DNA of 64,000 nucleotides from the human T2T-CHM13v2.0 reference genome, Homo sapiens: the NCBI RefSeq assembly GCF_009914755.1, contig NC_060932.1; one strand, given 5' to 3'. This document shows, piece by piece, positions 1 through 15,125 of this stretch. Numbering within the stretch: position 1 is the stretch's first letter; every line of letters begins with the position of its first letter. Both the position numbers and the translations under genes were made by a program. The notes below the pieces were generated by a model that was not told where the DNA came from, searched no databases, and was given only the letters and a program-made list of their open reading frames with translations.

Positions 1-550
1 TGTGTTGTTGTAGTTTTCCATTGACTTCTAGTAATCACAAGGCACAGTAGTACTAAGAGGCATTCTAAGGAGTCTTCTGTATTCTAGACAAACTCTTCCT
101 TACCTCCACTGTGTGCCCAATCACCCCAGCCAGTACAATAACTGTTTGCCTGTGGATTCATAGCCATGAGGAGCACAAAGTGACTGGGCGGCAGTCTCAA
201 CTTCCAGGTCCATGGATCATTGTTGTATCTCTTGGAAGAAGTATTTTTTCCTTTGAAACTAAAACCAATATAGATCATCAAAGCCTAAGTGCATGGGGAC
301 AGAAAACAAAAACTTTGCTAGTGGATCACCGACCATGCCCATTTTTACCCTTTGACTCCTGAACTCATGAATTCTGGCTATGAGAGCAACACCACCACAG
401 ATTAGATGTTGATTCAGAGCATATACAACAACCTGGAGGACACTATCCCCACCCTGCAAGGTATTGCCACTAGCTGGCTGTAATTGAGTCTTCAAAGGGC
501 CATTCCATGATCTTATCAAGCCAACTGCTTCAGGTTGGTAGAAAACATGG
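1..550 (-). mobile_element. ERVL (HERVL-like) internal remnant, integrase region
   Basis: ORF 259..567 contains PEAVGLIRSWNGPLKTQLQ...NTLQG...VLQVVVYALNQ, resembling ERVL integrase (PEAAGLIERWNGLLKTQL...YALNQRP). Confidence 0.75.
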
Positions 551-554
551 AAGC

Positions 555-690
555 CAAATGATGGCACTTAATTGCTAAAAGCAAGGTAGACATGGTTACC
601 ATACTGGATAATGGAGTCAAAAAAGTAATCAGAATAGTATGACTCACAGAGACCTGTGACTTTGGATAGTTGCTCATGGTGTCCTATGTG
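555..690 (+). mobile_element. ERVL gag 3' fragment
   Basis: ggcacttaattgctaaaagcaaggtagacatggttacc...aatcagaatagtatgactcacagagacct...catggtgtcc resembles HERVL-type gag end as I recall it. Confidence 0.55.
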
Positions 691-694
691 GCAG

Positions 695-880
695 ATGAGT
701 GGTTGCCAGAGGCTGAGGGAGACTGAGGAAATAACTGCTAATGGTACAAGGTTTCCTTTGGGGAGTGAGGAAATGTCCCGGAATGATATAGTGGTAATAG
801 TTGCAAACCTTTATGAATATACTAAAAGCTATTGAATCGTATACTTTAAAAGGGTGGATTTTATTGTATGGAATTAATGG
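695..880 (+). mobile_element. L1M (L1MB-like) 3' end fragment
   Basis: gtggttgccagaggctg...actgctaatggtacaaggtttcctttgggg...gaatatactaaaa...tatactttaaaagggtg. Confidence 0.75.
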
Positions 881-2693
881 TATGTGATAAATAATTTACA
901 ATGTTTCTACTTTTTAAAAATGCATGTAATATGTATTCATGTAGAAAAACAAGAAAGTACATACATACAACAATGAGGAAAATAAAATCACTTAAAATTC
1001 AAAAAAGGTGAAAAGAAAAGTAAAATACGATTTCAACTTTCACAGCACTCATCTTTTGGCACTTTATATCTACAGACTAAGAGCAATATGACATATAAAG
1101 TGCTATTAAAACTATGACCTGCATATGACAAGAATGAAATACTTCTAGACTATCTTTCCCAAGATATGCACAGATGTGACTATCTGCCTGCAAGCCTTAC
1201 ACCCTCACAAGCATTCATTATAATTAATGGAGAAGATTTCAACAGGGGCTCTGTCTCAAAAAGAAAAGAAGACCCACCCTCTGGTACTGGCCCATGCCTA
1301 GGTGAGCTCTCGAAGTGGTTGCTGAACTGTAGGTGATCTGGCAGTGAAGATTGAGCCAAACAATATTAAGGAATCTAACTCAAGTAGAATGATTTTGCTA
1401 AGAGTTTTTGCTTTCTGTAAATTTTCTTGCTTAAAGTACAGTGTTTAGCTATCCCCCTTATATGTGTTGGTTGCTCCTACACATGCTCTTCAGTCTCTGG
1501 GGGAATTCCAAAGAACAAAGTGTGGAGCTTGAAAGAACTCTCCACCTTCTAGGTATTTACAACACATCAAGGCCCACCTAGCAGCTCCTATGGTTGAAGG
1601 AACTTCATCAAGACCTGTCAAGTACGTCATTTTCTAAGAAATCTACCAACGTCTTTCATGGAACGGGCCATGTCCAGTGCTAGGTCACCTTGGTCTTTCT
1701 CCAGTATCAAAATGGGACATTCTGGAGCTTCAGAGCCTTTTGTCTCCAGAGAAGCTGAGAAATGATCACTTTCTCTGTTCATGCTCAGTGACCTCCCCTT
1801 CTATTTCTTCAGCCAGCTAGCACTACCCTGTCTGTGGGAGGCAGCTGGAAGGAGTGCTTTGGAGATAGCCTGTCTAATTACTTAATGGTACATTTCAATC
1901 AAGGATGTTGTGATCACAATTTTGTTTTTTGATACACCCCTCTTTCACTTTTGTGGTTTCAATAACATGATACAAGAGCCTGTCCCTTCCCCTGTTCCTT
2001 GAAACAGAATCTTGATGCTGATGGGCCAGCTAAGCACAGGAAGGACCAACTAGCTTCACATTGGGAAAGAATACCTTACAAAATCTTAACCAACTCTTTC
2101 CATTTGGTAGAGAGAAAGAAAAGGAGAGAGAATTGGTGTGGCAACAATTGTGGAAGGGAGCGGGAAGGGGCCAAACCTCCAGGCTACACAGTATTCTAGT
2201 ATTCACTTCCCACTCATTGCTTTAAATACCTATTCTTTTATGTTTCCACATCCTTGTAATCAGTTCTTGTCAGTGGGAATTGTATTGTGAATTCACACCT
2301 TGAATTCCTTAGTTCTGTGACTAGATGAGTTCATAGAACCTAAAAGTTTGACCTGAATAAAGTCCTAAGAGCAGAGATGGGGATAAAGGGAAAGTAAGAG
2401 CCCACAGGTAGTTCTCTCAGAGGAGGGAGAGCTGGAAGACAGAATGCCACAGAAGGCCTAGGAGGGGGTGGAGTGCTCAGTCCTTTGAATAAAGTTAGCA
2501 AGTGAGGTTTTTGTGGAGGTCCTCAGTGACACACTGGGCCCATGGAATTAACAAGGCATTATGTTCAAGGCCAGGATATGGGCAGCAGAATCTGTTCCAC
2601 TCTCAGTTCAAGGAGTCCAGGGGTTTGTCTGGGCTGCATCAGAATCACCTGGGGGAGGTGATTTAAACTTTTCACATTCATAAATATGTGCAT

Positions 2694-2783
2694 GCACACA
2701 CACACACACACACACACAGAGAGACAGGGAGGGAGAGAGGGAGGGAGGGAGAGAGGGAAGGAGGGAGAGAGAGAGAAAGAGAG
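2694..2783. repeat. (CA)n microsatellite followed by GA/GGGA polypurine tract
   Basis: Direct reading. Confidence 0.9.
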
Positions 2784-2836
2784 GTGATTCTAGAATGGGC
2801 CCTGGTAGAGAAAGCGGGCAAGAGTAGTTTGAAAAT

Positions 2837-3116
<280 letters not shown>

Positions 3117-3239
3117 TTATTCTGCCACATGACCTTATCCACAACCCAACCATTGCCCTAACTTAACATGAAAAAGTCACAGAAAACTCTTTTTTCCTTC
3201 TTGTTACAAATGCCCATTTCCCTCAATGTGCCAGGTAGG

Positions 3240-3580
3240 ACAGTAAGCACAATCCAAACTGGATGAAGAATAGACTAGGGAATGTAGTGGCTCACTTCAG
3301 TGTGGCTTCAGGTGCAACTTGATGTAGGACTCAAGTTATGTCATCTAAATAAGATCCCCACTCCCTGCATTTCTCTGTCTCCACTTCATCAGTGTTGGTT
3401 CCATCCTCTGGTCTCATGTGGTCATAGATGACTGTGGCAGTTTGAGCTATTACATCCTCTCTCCTTCATGTCCAACAAGAAGAGAGTAAGAGTCTTTCCC
3501 AGGATTCCTGATGACTATCATTGCCTATCATTGGCCTATTCTTGAACTGTTCGTTGTACCCATGAGAATGTGACCCTGCA
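3240..3580. mobile_element. Old MLT1-type MaLR LTR remnant
   Basis: aatccaaactgg...ggcttcagg...gactcaagttatgtcatc...acatcctc...tcattggcc pattern typical of MLT1J/K/L. Confidence 0.5.
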
Positions 3581-3599
3581 ACACTGTAGCAAGTGTATT

Positions 3600-5565
3600 C
3601 AGTAGTAATTCCCGGATCTCTCCCCCAAAGGGATCTACTTCTATTTACTAGGATAGCTATACATTGGAGAAATGGGAATGCCCAGACTTTTCAAAGATTC
3701 CTATACTGAAATTGATACTCAGAAACCCTAGGCGCCCTCATAGCCTGGGACCAGGCAATAAATGGGGTCCTGGCCCAAGTCTGGCTCGTAGTGGGCCCAC
3801 TGGGTACAGACAGCTACCTGTTTTTCCAATCTTCACGTGAATAACTAGAATGGAGGTACCTGATAGTTGGTAGAATCAAATGCTTTACACTGGTTCCTTG
3901 ACCTGTGAGGTAAGATATTCTAGGGAAAAAGGTCAAGTAGAAGTCTCTGAAACTGCCCCAAACCTCTGACTAAGAGAGTATATAAAAAATAGGGCTACTT
4001 CTAGGGGAAGTGACACAGATTAGCGCCACTTTCAAAAGCTTTTAACGAATTCAGGGTTGGTGGTCCTTCTATATCCTCCTTTAATTCGCCACATGGCCTC
4101 TACTAAAACAAGATGGGACATGGTAGATAAGAATAGACTACAGCAGACTCAACAAAGTAGTAGCCCCAATTGCAGCTGCTGTGTCCAACATGATATCTCT
4201 ATCACAGCAGATTAACCATGGCCTCCAGCACGTTGTATGTGGCCACTGACCTGATATCTGTGTTCTTGTTCATTCCTACCAGGAAGAGGGATAAGTAGTT
4301 CACAATCGCACAGGACAGAAAACTCTACATGGTTATGTTCTGGCCCAGGGCTATGAAAACTCTATTACCTTCTGGCATAAGACAGTCTGAGGGCACCTGG
4401 ATGGCCTGACACTCTGAAGAACATTGGTTTGGTCCACAACATCAGTAATGTCAGGTTAATCAGAACTGATCATCCAGGAGTAGGAAGTATGTTGGATCAT
4501 GGAAGACATAAAGTCTCCAGGGGTGAGAGGTAAATTCTACAAAGATGCAGGGGACCACCATATAAGTGAAGATTCTAGATTGATCCAGGGCATGCTGGGA
4601 CATCCTCTCCAAAATAAAATACAAATGTTTGCATCTCACACCTTCCATCATTAAGAAAGAAGCACATTTGGTAGGTGTTTTGGGGTTCTGGTACAGCACA
4701 TTTGGAATATTGTTCCATCCCATCTATTGGATAGCCCAGAGGCTGCCAGCTTTAAGTGGGGCCCTGGGCAAGAAAAGACTCTGAAGTAGATTCAGGCTGA
4801 GGGCCAAGTAGCCCTGCTTCTTGAACCATACAACCCAGTAGTCCCTATGGTGCTTGAAGTATCTGTGGTAAGAAAAGATGCTGTGAGGTGTTTCATCACA
4901 AGCTATAATAGGAGCATTGCATTGTAGACCCCTAATATTTTTGAGCAGGGACATGCCATCTGCAGCAGAGAACCACGCACTATGCATGACCCAAAAGCAG
5001 CTATTAGTACACTACTGAGCCTCAGTAGAGAAAACATATCTCATCTTAGTAAAAATAGAGCATGGACCATTAAGTGACCATGCAGTCAGAGCTGCCCATC
5101 AGGAGGCAGGTTCTGTCAAAGGTGAGCAATCCTTCATAAGATGGAAGTGGTGTGTCCAGGATCCGACACAACCAAGGCCAGAGGGCATAAGTAAGCAGCA
5201 CATGGGGAAGGCCCAGAACCCCTCTGCTTCTGGGCCCCTGCTCACACCTAGGGCTACATGCAGGTGGGGAAGATTTTCAACGAGGATGAAAGTAGGCTAG
5301 TCCTGTTTCATGGATGGGTTGGCTTGGCATGATCAGGTGAGTCTGCTGCTGACTTTCACCACCACTTCGTTATGGCTCTGGAAGACAGGGAGGTCCTCCC
5401 AATGGGCAGAGTTCTAGGGAGTGCACCTAGCTACCCACTTTACGTGGAAAAAGAAGTGGCCTGCATTAAGAATATATGCAGGTTCATGCAGAGTGGCAAT
5501 GGCTTGACAAGTTGGTCAGAAGCTTGGAAAGAGAAATGGAATATCAGGGTTAAAAAGATCTGAGA
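3600..5565 (+). mobile_element. ERVL internal remnant (protease-RT-RNase H), degraded
   Basis: Around 4070-4190 the DNA matches ERVL RT SPFNSP.WP..K.DG.WR...DYR.LN.VV.PIAAAV; ggcccagggctatg (LPQGY) near 4340; many stops and frameshifts. Confidence 0.8.
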
Positions 5566-5965
<400 letters not shown>

Positions 5966-6445
5966 TTAATTTTAGGTTAGTACTGGGTACAATTAGACTT
6001 TCCTTTTGATTTTAGGCAACTTTGTTGTTTTTAAAGGAAAATATCATACATAGCAACGGGAATTCTCACAGCTACCTCCACCTGCTCTTCCTTGGCATAT
6101 TAGGCACCCAAAAGTGTCTTCCAGACAGCCAAGAAACTGGTCTGCAGTGCTATCTGGAATGTCCTAGGATGGGAAAGAGGGATTGGTTCTAGCCAGCATG
6201 AAAGAAAAGAAGGTTGAGAGTTTTGTAATACACATGGGTTTTTATTATGTTAAATTCAAAGTCTACTATGTATCCCCACTAGAAATTTATTTTATGACTG
6301 ACTTTTTCCCTGGGGGATTTGTGATGGCTAACAGGAGTGGATGAGTGCATCAGTCAGGATAAGCCAGGTTGCAGCAAAACATGACTCTACCTACCCGGTG
6401 GCTTATAATAACAGGGTTTGTTTCTCCCTCATTCTACTTATCCAG

Positions 6446-8854
6446 TGTGTTCGGCCATTCTTTCATTGCTCTAAAGAAATACCAGAGACTGGGTACTTTA
6501 TAAAGAAAAGAGGCTTAATTGGCTCATGGCTCTGCAGGCTGTACAAACATGGCACTGGCATCTGCTAAGCTTCTGGGGAGGCCTCAGGGAGATTTTACTC
6601 ATGGTAGAAGCAGAAGCGGGAGTGGGCATCTTATGGCAGAGCAAGAGCAAGAGACAGTCAGGCAGGGAGGTGTCACATATTTCTACAAAACTAGATCTCC
6701 TGAGAACTCAAGCATCATTACAAGGACAGCATAAAGCCATGAGGGATCCACCTCCATTACCCAAACACCTCCCACCAGGCCCCACCTCCAACACTAAGGA
6801 TTACAGTTCAACATGAGATTTGGTGAGGACATATATTCAAACCATATCATTCCTCCCCTGACCCTCCAAATCTCCTGTGCTCCTCACATTGCAAAATATA
6901 ATCATGCCTTACCAACAGTCCCCTAGAGTCTTAATTCATTTCAGCATCAACTCAATCAAAAGACCCAAGTTCACAGTCTCATCTGGAAATGAGCCCCTTT
7001 CACCTATGAGCATGTAAAATCAAAATAAGTTAGTTACTTCCAAGATACAATGGGAGTACAGGCATTGGGTAAGCATTCCTGTTCCAAAAGAGAGAAATCA
7101 GCCGAAACAAAGAGGCTACAGGCCCCATGCAAGTTCAAAATCCAGTAGGGCAGTCATTAAATCCTAAAGCTCCAAAGTAATTTCTTTTGACTCTATGTCC
7201 CAGATTCAGGACACACCGCTTCAAGGAATCTTTGGGCAGCTCTGCCCCTTCAGCTTTGTAGGGTACATTCCCCCATGGCTTCTCTCAAAGGTTGTTGAGT
7301 GCCTGCAGCTTTTCCAGGTGCAGAGTGCAAGCTGCAGGTGGATCTACTTTCTGGGATCTGGAGGACAGCGGGCCCCTTCCCATAGCTCCACTAGGCAGTG
7401 CCCCAGTGGGCACTTCGTGTGGACCCTACAACCCCACATTTCCCCTCCACACTGCCCTAGCAGAGGTTCTCTGTGAGGGCTCTGCCTCTGTACCAGGCAC
7501 CTAGGCTTTCTCATACATCCTCTGAAATACAGACAGAGGATGCCAAGCCTCCTTCATTCTTGCACTCTGTGTGCCTACAGGCTTCACACCATATGGAAGC
7601 CACCAAGGCTTACAGCTTGTGCCCTCTAGGGTAGCAGCCCATGTTGTACCTGGGGCCCTTTGAGCCATGGCTGGAGCCAGAGCAGCCAGGATGCAGGAAG
7701 CAGTGTCCCACAGCTGCCCAGGGCAGCGGGGCCCTGGGGCTGGCCCATGAAACCATTCTTCCCTCCTAGGCCTCTGTACCTGTGATGGGAGGGGCTACCT
7801 GGAAGGTCTCTGAAATGCCTTTGAGGATTTTTTTCCTGTTGTCTTGGCTATCAGCACCTGGCTCTTTTTCAGTCATGCAAATATATCTCGTAAGTGGTTG
7901 CTCTACAGCCTGCTTGAATTCCTCTATCCAAAAAGCTTTTTCTCTGTCTGGCACGTGGCCAGGCTGCAAATTCTCCAAACTTTTATGCTCTACTTTCCTT
8001 TTAAATATAAATTCCAACTTTAAGTCATTTATTTGATCCTGCCTCTGAGTGTGGGTTATTAAAAGCAGCAGGTCACCTCTTGAACACATTGCTGCTTAGC
8101 AATTTCTTCCACCAGATTCCCTAAATCATTACTATTTAGTTCAGACCTCCGCAGACTTCCTAGGGCATGGACACAACACATCCAAGTTCCTTGCTAAGGC
8201 ATAATAAAGGTGACCTTTGCTACAGTTCCCAATATGTTCCTCATTTCCATCTGAGACCTCTTCAGTCTGGCCTTCACTATTCATATTACTATCAACATTT
8301 TGGTTACAACCATTTAACCAGTATCTAAGAAGTTCCAAACTTTCCCTCATATTTCTCTCTTCTTCTGAGCCCTCCCAACTCTTCCAACTTCTGCCCATTG
8401 CCCAGTTCCAAGGGTGCTTCCTTATCTTTATAGCAATGCCCTACTCCTCAGTACTAATTTCTGTGTTAGGCTGTTCTCACATTGCTGTAAAGAAGTACTC
8501 AAGACTGGGTAATTTATAAAGAAAAGAAGTTTAATTGGCTCATGGTTCTACAGGCTGTACAAGCATGGTCCCACCATCTGCTTGGCTTCTGGGGAGGCCT
8601 CAGGGAGCTTTTACTCATGGTGGAAGGCAAAACAAGAGCAGATACTGTCTCACAGGGCAGAGCAGGAACAAGGGGTGATGGCAGTCCCACACATTTCTAA
8701 AAATCAAGATCTCCTAAGAACTCACTCACTATCACAAGGCACCAAGCCATGAGCGCCCCCATGATCCAAACATCTCCCACCAAGCCCCACCACCAACATT
8801 GGGGATTTAAGTTCAACATGGGGTTTGGCAGGGACATATATTCAAACCGTATCA
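6446..8854 (-). mobile_element. Full-length MST (MSTB-like) MaLR provirus: LTR 6446-6849, internal 6850-8461, LTR 8462-8854
   Basis: Two homologous LTRs (tgtgtt.ggc...aaacc.tatca); polypurine-tract complement ttcctcccctgaccctcc beside the left LTR; near-TSD TCCAG/TCCAC; nested in an older MLT1 LTR (~6345-6445, ~8860-9190). Confidence 0.9.
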
Positions 8855-9536
8855 TCCACTGAGAGTTAGCTGCTGCTCTGATTTGATTAATTTTCACTTT
8901 GGGACTCAGGCTAATGGAACCACCTCAATCAGAAACGTTACCAGTCATTATGGCATTGTGAACCATATATGCTGGCTGTTAACACCTTCTGCTCAGAAGT
9001 GGCCCACATTTGTTTTGTTTTGTTTAGAATAAACACATCTGGAATGTTTCCCATACTTGATTGGTCAAAGCAAGTCACATGGCCACTTCTGGGTTCAACA
9101 GGGTAGGAATGCATAATCTTCCCATAGATAGAGACACCGTAGAGAGAAGCACCAAAATCATGGGTGAACCATAATATAGTTGACCACAGTGGGTTGTTAT
9201 TTTACTCCTTAAAAAGTGGTCCTTATACTCAGAAATTCAACTAAAGTAGGCCTGTAACTACAGTACTTTTTGCCTATGTGGCTGGATTTAAAGATTAACA
9301 ATACAAGGCATTCAATCTAAAGACATCAAATATTTTTATGTGTGGTAGATATTCTGTGATCTTTCTTATAAAAGGGTATTCTTTCATTGTTTTATCATGG
9401 ATAAACATATAGCAATTTACAGTCATCAGAAAATTAGAATCTCAAAATCTAAATTATAAGGGTATAAATGAGCTAGATACCTATACTTTTTCCTAATAGC
9501 TCTTATTCACAAATACATGACTGAAAGGATGGAAGA

Positions 9537-9540
<4 letters not shown>

Positions 9541-9611
<71 letters not shown>
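9541..9611. repeat. Compound microsatellite (TG)23(AG)~12
   Basis: Direct reading. Confidence 0.95.
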
Positions 9612-10299
9612 TTGAGAATTGAGGAGGAGGGCAGACCTACCTAGAAATTCAATACCTTGTCCAGAGAGAGAGAGAGATTGAAATTGAGAATTGAGGGGAA
9701 GGGGAGACCTACCTAGAAATTAAATACCTTGTCCAGCACTGGAAGTTCCTAATACAACTTGTTAGTTCTGCCAGGAACCACCATGGACAGTTCCCATGGC
9801 ACGCCTTTGCTTCAGAGAGAATCACCACGTTCTTGGGGTAAGTACATTCTGCACAACCCATTAACTCCATGCAAAAGTGACCATATTTCTCATTGTTGAA
9901 AGGTGTGAAGTTCTAGGATAAACAGCTAGATTTATCATCTTTTCAAGTAAAAGGAATATTTGAGTCATGGAATGCCACTTGCAGTTTCTAATAATACAAA
10001 TATACTTGGGATAAAAACAAGTATCTTCAATAAATAATCTTTATCTTTAATAAATAAGCATTTTAGTGAAATTACAGAGCTTTGACAGCCTAATAAAGAT
10101 ACTTCTGTATCATCAGATATCAGAGAAATGCCTAAAAGGTGATCTTGGCAAGGCAGAGAAGAATTAAAAGATCTTTGCCAGTGATCCTGTCTTGGCTGTA
10201 TCCACCAGAATGAAGACATAAGATTCAGCCCTCAAACACTAATCCAAGCTTGTGGAGCTGGCATGACTTAGTCTAGCAAAGTAAGTGGTCTTCCAAGTC

Positions 10300-10490
10300 G
10301 AGCATACTGAGTCTGAATCCTATTTCTGCCACTCACCAACCATGTGACCTTGAACAAATTAATCTCTCTGAGCATTGATTTTCTCACCTGTAAAATGAGA
10401 ATAACAGCCCTTATTATTATGGCTGTGGTGGAGATTAAATGAGATAATATTCGTGGCACATGGTAAGTCCTTAATAAAGCATAGCTGTCA
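10300..10490 (+). mobile_element. MIR
   Basis: ctgccactcaccaaccatgtgaccttgaacaaattaatctctctgagc...tctcacctgtaaaatgagaataa core. Confidence 0.8.
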
Positions 10491-12663
10491 TCAATCAATC
10501 AGTCATCAGCAACTTCATCTTCATCTTCATCATCATGAGCCAATCTATAGAAGGAACTAGGGAGCTACAAAGGAAGCTCAATCATAAAACATTCCACAGG
10601 CTGATAGAGGTAATGTTTGTTTTCACAAATACATTTTTAATGTCACTACATATCCTAGATTTCTGATTTTTAAAACATCATGATTACTTTCATCAATTAA
10701 CTGACTAGTGATTGATTTAATGCCTTATTTAAAAGGGTTTAGAAAATATGGGTATTACAGTCCTAATTGTTTTTCTCATTAAATTCAGCAGCAACCATAG
10801 TACCACAAAAATGAGTGTCTTCATAATTGAACTATTTCCATTCTCACTGAGAAGTGTCTGAAATTTGTAATTTTATTAACTGAAATGAGTCTTCATCCTC
10901 ATGCAGAAAGAAAAAGCATCTGCTCCTAATAATAATGCCATGAAAAAATTATCACAAAAATCAGACATTTTGTATTTCCTCCTTGGATAAATTTGCAAAA
11001 AAACCTCATCACTTTGTAGGGTTCTCTTGAGGGTGAAACTTAAATCCATCCAAAAAGTGTTGCCTTCTGAACTTAATTGCTACCAAATTATTTTATTTGC
11101 ATAAGCCAATTTTTACTGGGTGAAGCACAATTTGTAGGATGAAGTTTTTCTGAAAGGCATAATGGGGAAAAATTAATTATAGTGCTCTAGAGTTCACCCA
11201 AAAGCACAGAAAATACACATTAATAAATGACTTTGTGTGGATATCTGGAGCTCATAGAGGTATGGCTATTTCTCTCCCTGAGATAGGAATGACTTTTTCC
11301 CAGGTACTCTGGAAGCCATGGTAGCTTTGGTAGCCATATTACTGAAATATAGCCCAAAAGTAGACAGGCACTTTAGGCTTGCCACTTCATTTCACCAAAA
11401 TGCCGTTCTACATCAGGTCTCTGAATTGTCGTTTCACTCAGAGTTTATTAATCTAAAATTTGCTTTCTCGCTTGAAGAGATGAAAATTAGAGATGCTTTC
11501 CTCATGAGCTACCCTCTCTTACTATGAAACCCCAAGAGAGTACTGTTCATAAATGAACCATACATGAAAGAGGAACTATAGCTAGAGAACAAAAATATGA
11601 AGACATGTCCAAAGAAAGGCAAACTTTAGGAATTGTAAATTTATCATTTTTAAAACAAATAAATCAATATTGGGCAAGAACGTTGAGAAACAGATACTCT
11701 TATCCATTGTGGGTAAAACTATAAACTTAATATTAAATTTTTGAAAGTTGGTACTGTGTTTCCAAAACTAAGAATATGGAAATCTTATCAAAGGCAGGTG
11801 AAGACCATGGGGTTTAGAGTTGGAGGCCTGTCTTTAAATCCCTATCCATTACCTGCTATGTGACTCTAGACAGCTTTCTCAACTTCTCTGAACCTCAGAA
11901 TCCTCATTTATAAACATTGGGATAATAATATCATCAACTCCTTAGAGCTGTTGTGAAAATCAATGGAGATAATATCTGCAAAGTATTTATCACAGAGCAT
12001 GTTAATTTTCTATTGCTACATAGCACACAAATACCACAACTTTAGCAGCCTAAAACAATAAACATTTCTTATCTCACAGCATCTGTGGGTTGGGAGTCTG
12101 AACATGGACCACTGAAAAACGTGAGACAAATGGCCATCATTTAGGAAATGCAAACTCAATGTGGGTGAAGCATACTGTGAAGTGCAAGAGGGTAATTGAA
12201 CTCCAAAACCAATAGAAACAAATCAGAATTCTTCTGGCTCCCTACTGATGCTTTCAGACCACAAAACTCATACGATTATCAGAGAGTTGACCTGAGTATA
12301 ATGATAACAGAAGTGGTAAGCTTAGAAGCAATAATAGTAGTATAAAACAGCTCTTTTCAAGCTCCAGTCATTTGGCCACACCTGCCTCCTCCTCTCCTTA
12401 CCTCTGGCATCTGATCTCTTTATTCCATTCCTTCATTCCTTGAGGATAATGTGAGGTACCAAAGTTCCACCCTCCAATTTCTGTACCATTATTATCTTTT
12501 GCTCCATCAAGGTCTAAGAAAACTACCATCAAATATTCTGGCTTTACAAATCCTTTGACTCTCACAACCCACTGCAGCCGTCCTTTACCTATGGCCAAGC
12601 TCTCAATTTTGACAGCATCTCAGAAATCTTAGATTCCATCTTCCCCCCGAGCACAGTGTTTGA

Positions 12664-13088
<425 letters not shown>

Positions 13089-13449
13089 CTATATCCATAT
13101 CTTTCCCAATGAGATCCAATGGCCCATCCCTTCAAACACTCTCTTACCTCTTGAATTTATTTTATTTTTACTTTAATATAATTATAAAATATGTATATGT
13201 GTGCTGGTTATTCTTCATTATTTCCTCTACCCCACATCCAATGCCCACTCTTCTCTGTCCTGCTCTTGCCCTGGGAGGCTAACCCCTGTGGATCACACAC
13301 TTCAAGTTTCCGTGCCACATGGCTTCTGGTTGGATTCAATCAATAGGAAGCACCAGCAAGATATTAGTAGGAGGGAAGAAAAACAGGTCAGGGTGGCACT
13401 TACTTCCGTACACCAGCTCTGACACTCCGGCTGTGACACTGTGACTCAA

Positions 13450-15125
13450 ACAGGAAAAACTTGAAACTCTATTTATACCTTTCTCCCTTCTCCTCTATAA
13501 AACAAAAGCCTTAAGTCACTAGTATGGGGCAGCAAATTCTGTCGCCCCAGGGAACAAATGAAGATCTACTGCAGCTGGGGACAGAATAAAAGAAAAAAGG
13601 GTGAAAAAAGGAAAGAAAGAGTAAAAGAAAAAACATAACAGTCCTGGGCCCAGAATACTGTACCAACACAATTAAAGGTCTCCTACCACTGGAGGACAAC
13701 AGAAAACTCCCTCCATACAAGATCTGCTGCAAGTACAAAACAGAGTTTGGCTTCCATGGAGAGGAGGAACAGGATGACTGAGATGCCACACTAAAACTCT
13801 GGCACAAAAGACCTAAGACTCAGACTAGATCAGGATAACAGAAAAAATATCCTGACCTCTACCACCAGACTTAGCAAGTACCAAGTAAAAAGCAACAATA
13901 GACTACCTCTAGGGGAGGTGCAAGAGCATGGAGAGAGACCCCACTGCAGAATGATGCACAAGGAAAGCAGAAAGCTAAAACGAAAGCAGGAACATTGAGG
14001 AAAACTCTCCGGTACCACAGTCCCCATTCTAACAAAGTTAACACCAGAGGAATTTGAAGTTAGTGGTATACAAATATAACCATAACAACAACAGCATCCA
14101 AATCTAGCTCAACTCCTGACTCAATTGACTCAGCCCCTGTCATCTACCATTACCATCAAATATATACACTAATGGTCTTGCAGAAGAAATTGTGTGCCCA
14201 TTTCCAGGCACAAATACTATATATCTCATGCTCTGCTATCCTACGTGCAATGGACAGCATTGTATTAAAAATTATAAGACACTCACACAAAGGCAAGGGA
14301 AAAACCCACTGTCAAAAGACAAAGCAATCAACATTACAAAACGAAGAGATGACCTAGGTGTTTGAACAATCTGACAGGAAATATATAATTACTATGATTA
14401 ATATCTTAAAGGTTCTAGTGGAAAGGATGGATAACACATATGAACAAATGGAAAATTTCAGCAGAGAGAAAAATCCAATATAAATGCTTAGAAGTTTAAA
14501 CACATTTAATAACAGAGATGAAGCATGTCTTCAATGTTATCATTAGTAGAATTGATGCAGTTGAGGAAAGAAAAAGTGAACTTTAATGGTAAGTCAATTA
14601 CAATTATCTAAACTGAAATATAAAGAATAAAAAGAATAAAACAAACAGAACAGAGCATCCAAAAGCAGTGGGACAATATTCATGATCTAACATACATGCA
14701 ATTAAAAATCCAAGAGAGGAGAAAGACAATGAGGCAGAAGAAGTATTTGAAGAGTATGGTTGAGAATTTTTCAAAAATAATGAAATACATCAAACTATAG
14801 ATCCAAAAATCTTAGAGAGCCCCAAGTAAGATAGAAACCCCCCATAAAAAGCACATAGACACATCATATTTAAACTTCAATATGTAAACCAAAGAAGAAG
14901 AGAAAGCCCTGAAGGCAGCTAGAGGAAAAGAACATATTGCATCCAGAGAAACAAAGGTAAGAATTACAAAGACTTCTTGTCAAAAAATATACAAGCCCAA
15001 AGACAATGGAAAGAGATCTTTAAAGTGCTGCGGGTGGGAATGGGGAGGGGCGGGGAAGTTCAATCCAGATTTCTACACTTAGCAAAAATATCTTTCAAAA
15101 ATGAAAGTAAAATTAAGACTTTTTT
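13450..15125 (+). mobile_element. Old L1M 5'/ORF1-region remnant
   Basis: A-rich; ORF 14977.. SKNIQAQRQWKEIFKVL...FLHLAKISFKNESKIKTF matches L1 ORF1p C-terminal domain. Confidence 0.8.
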
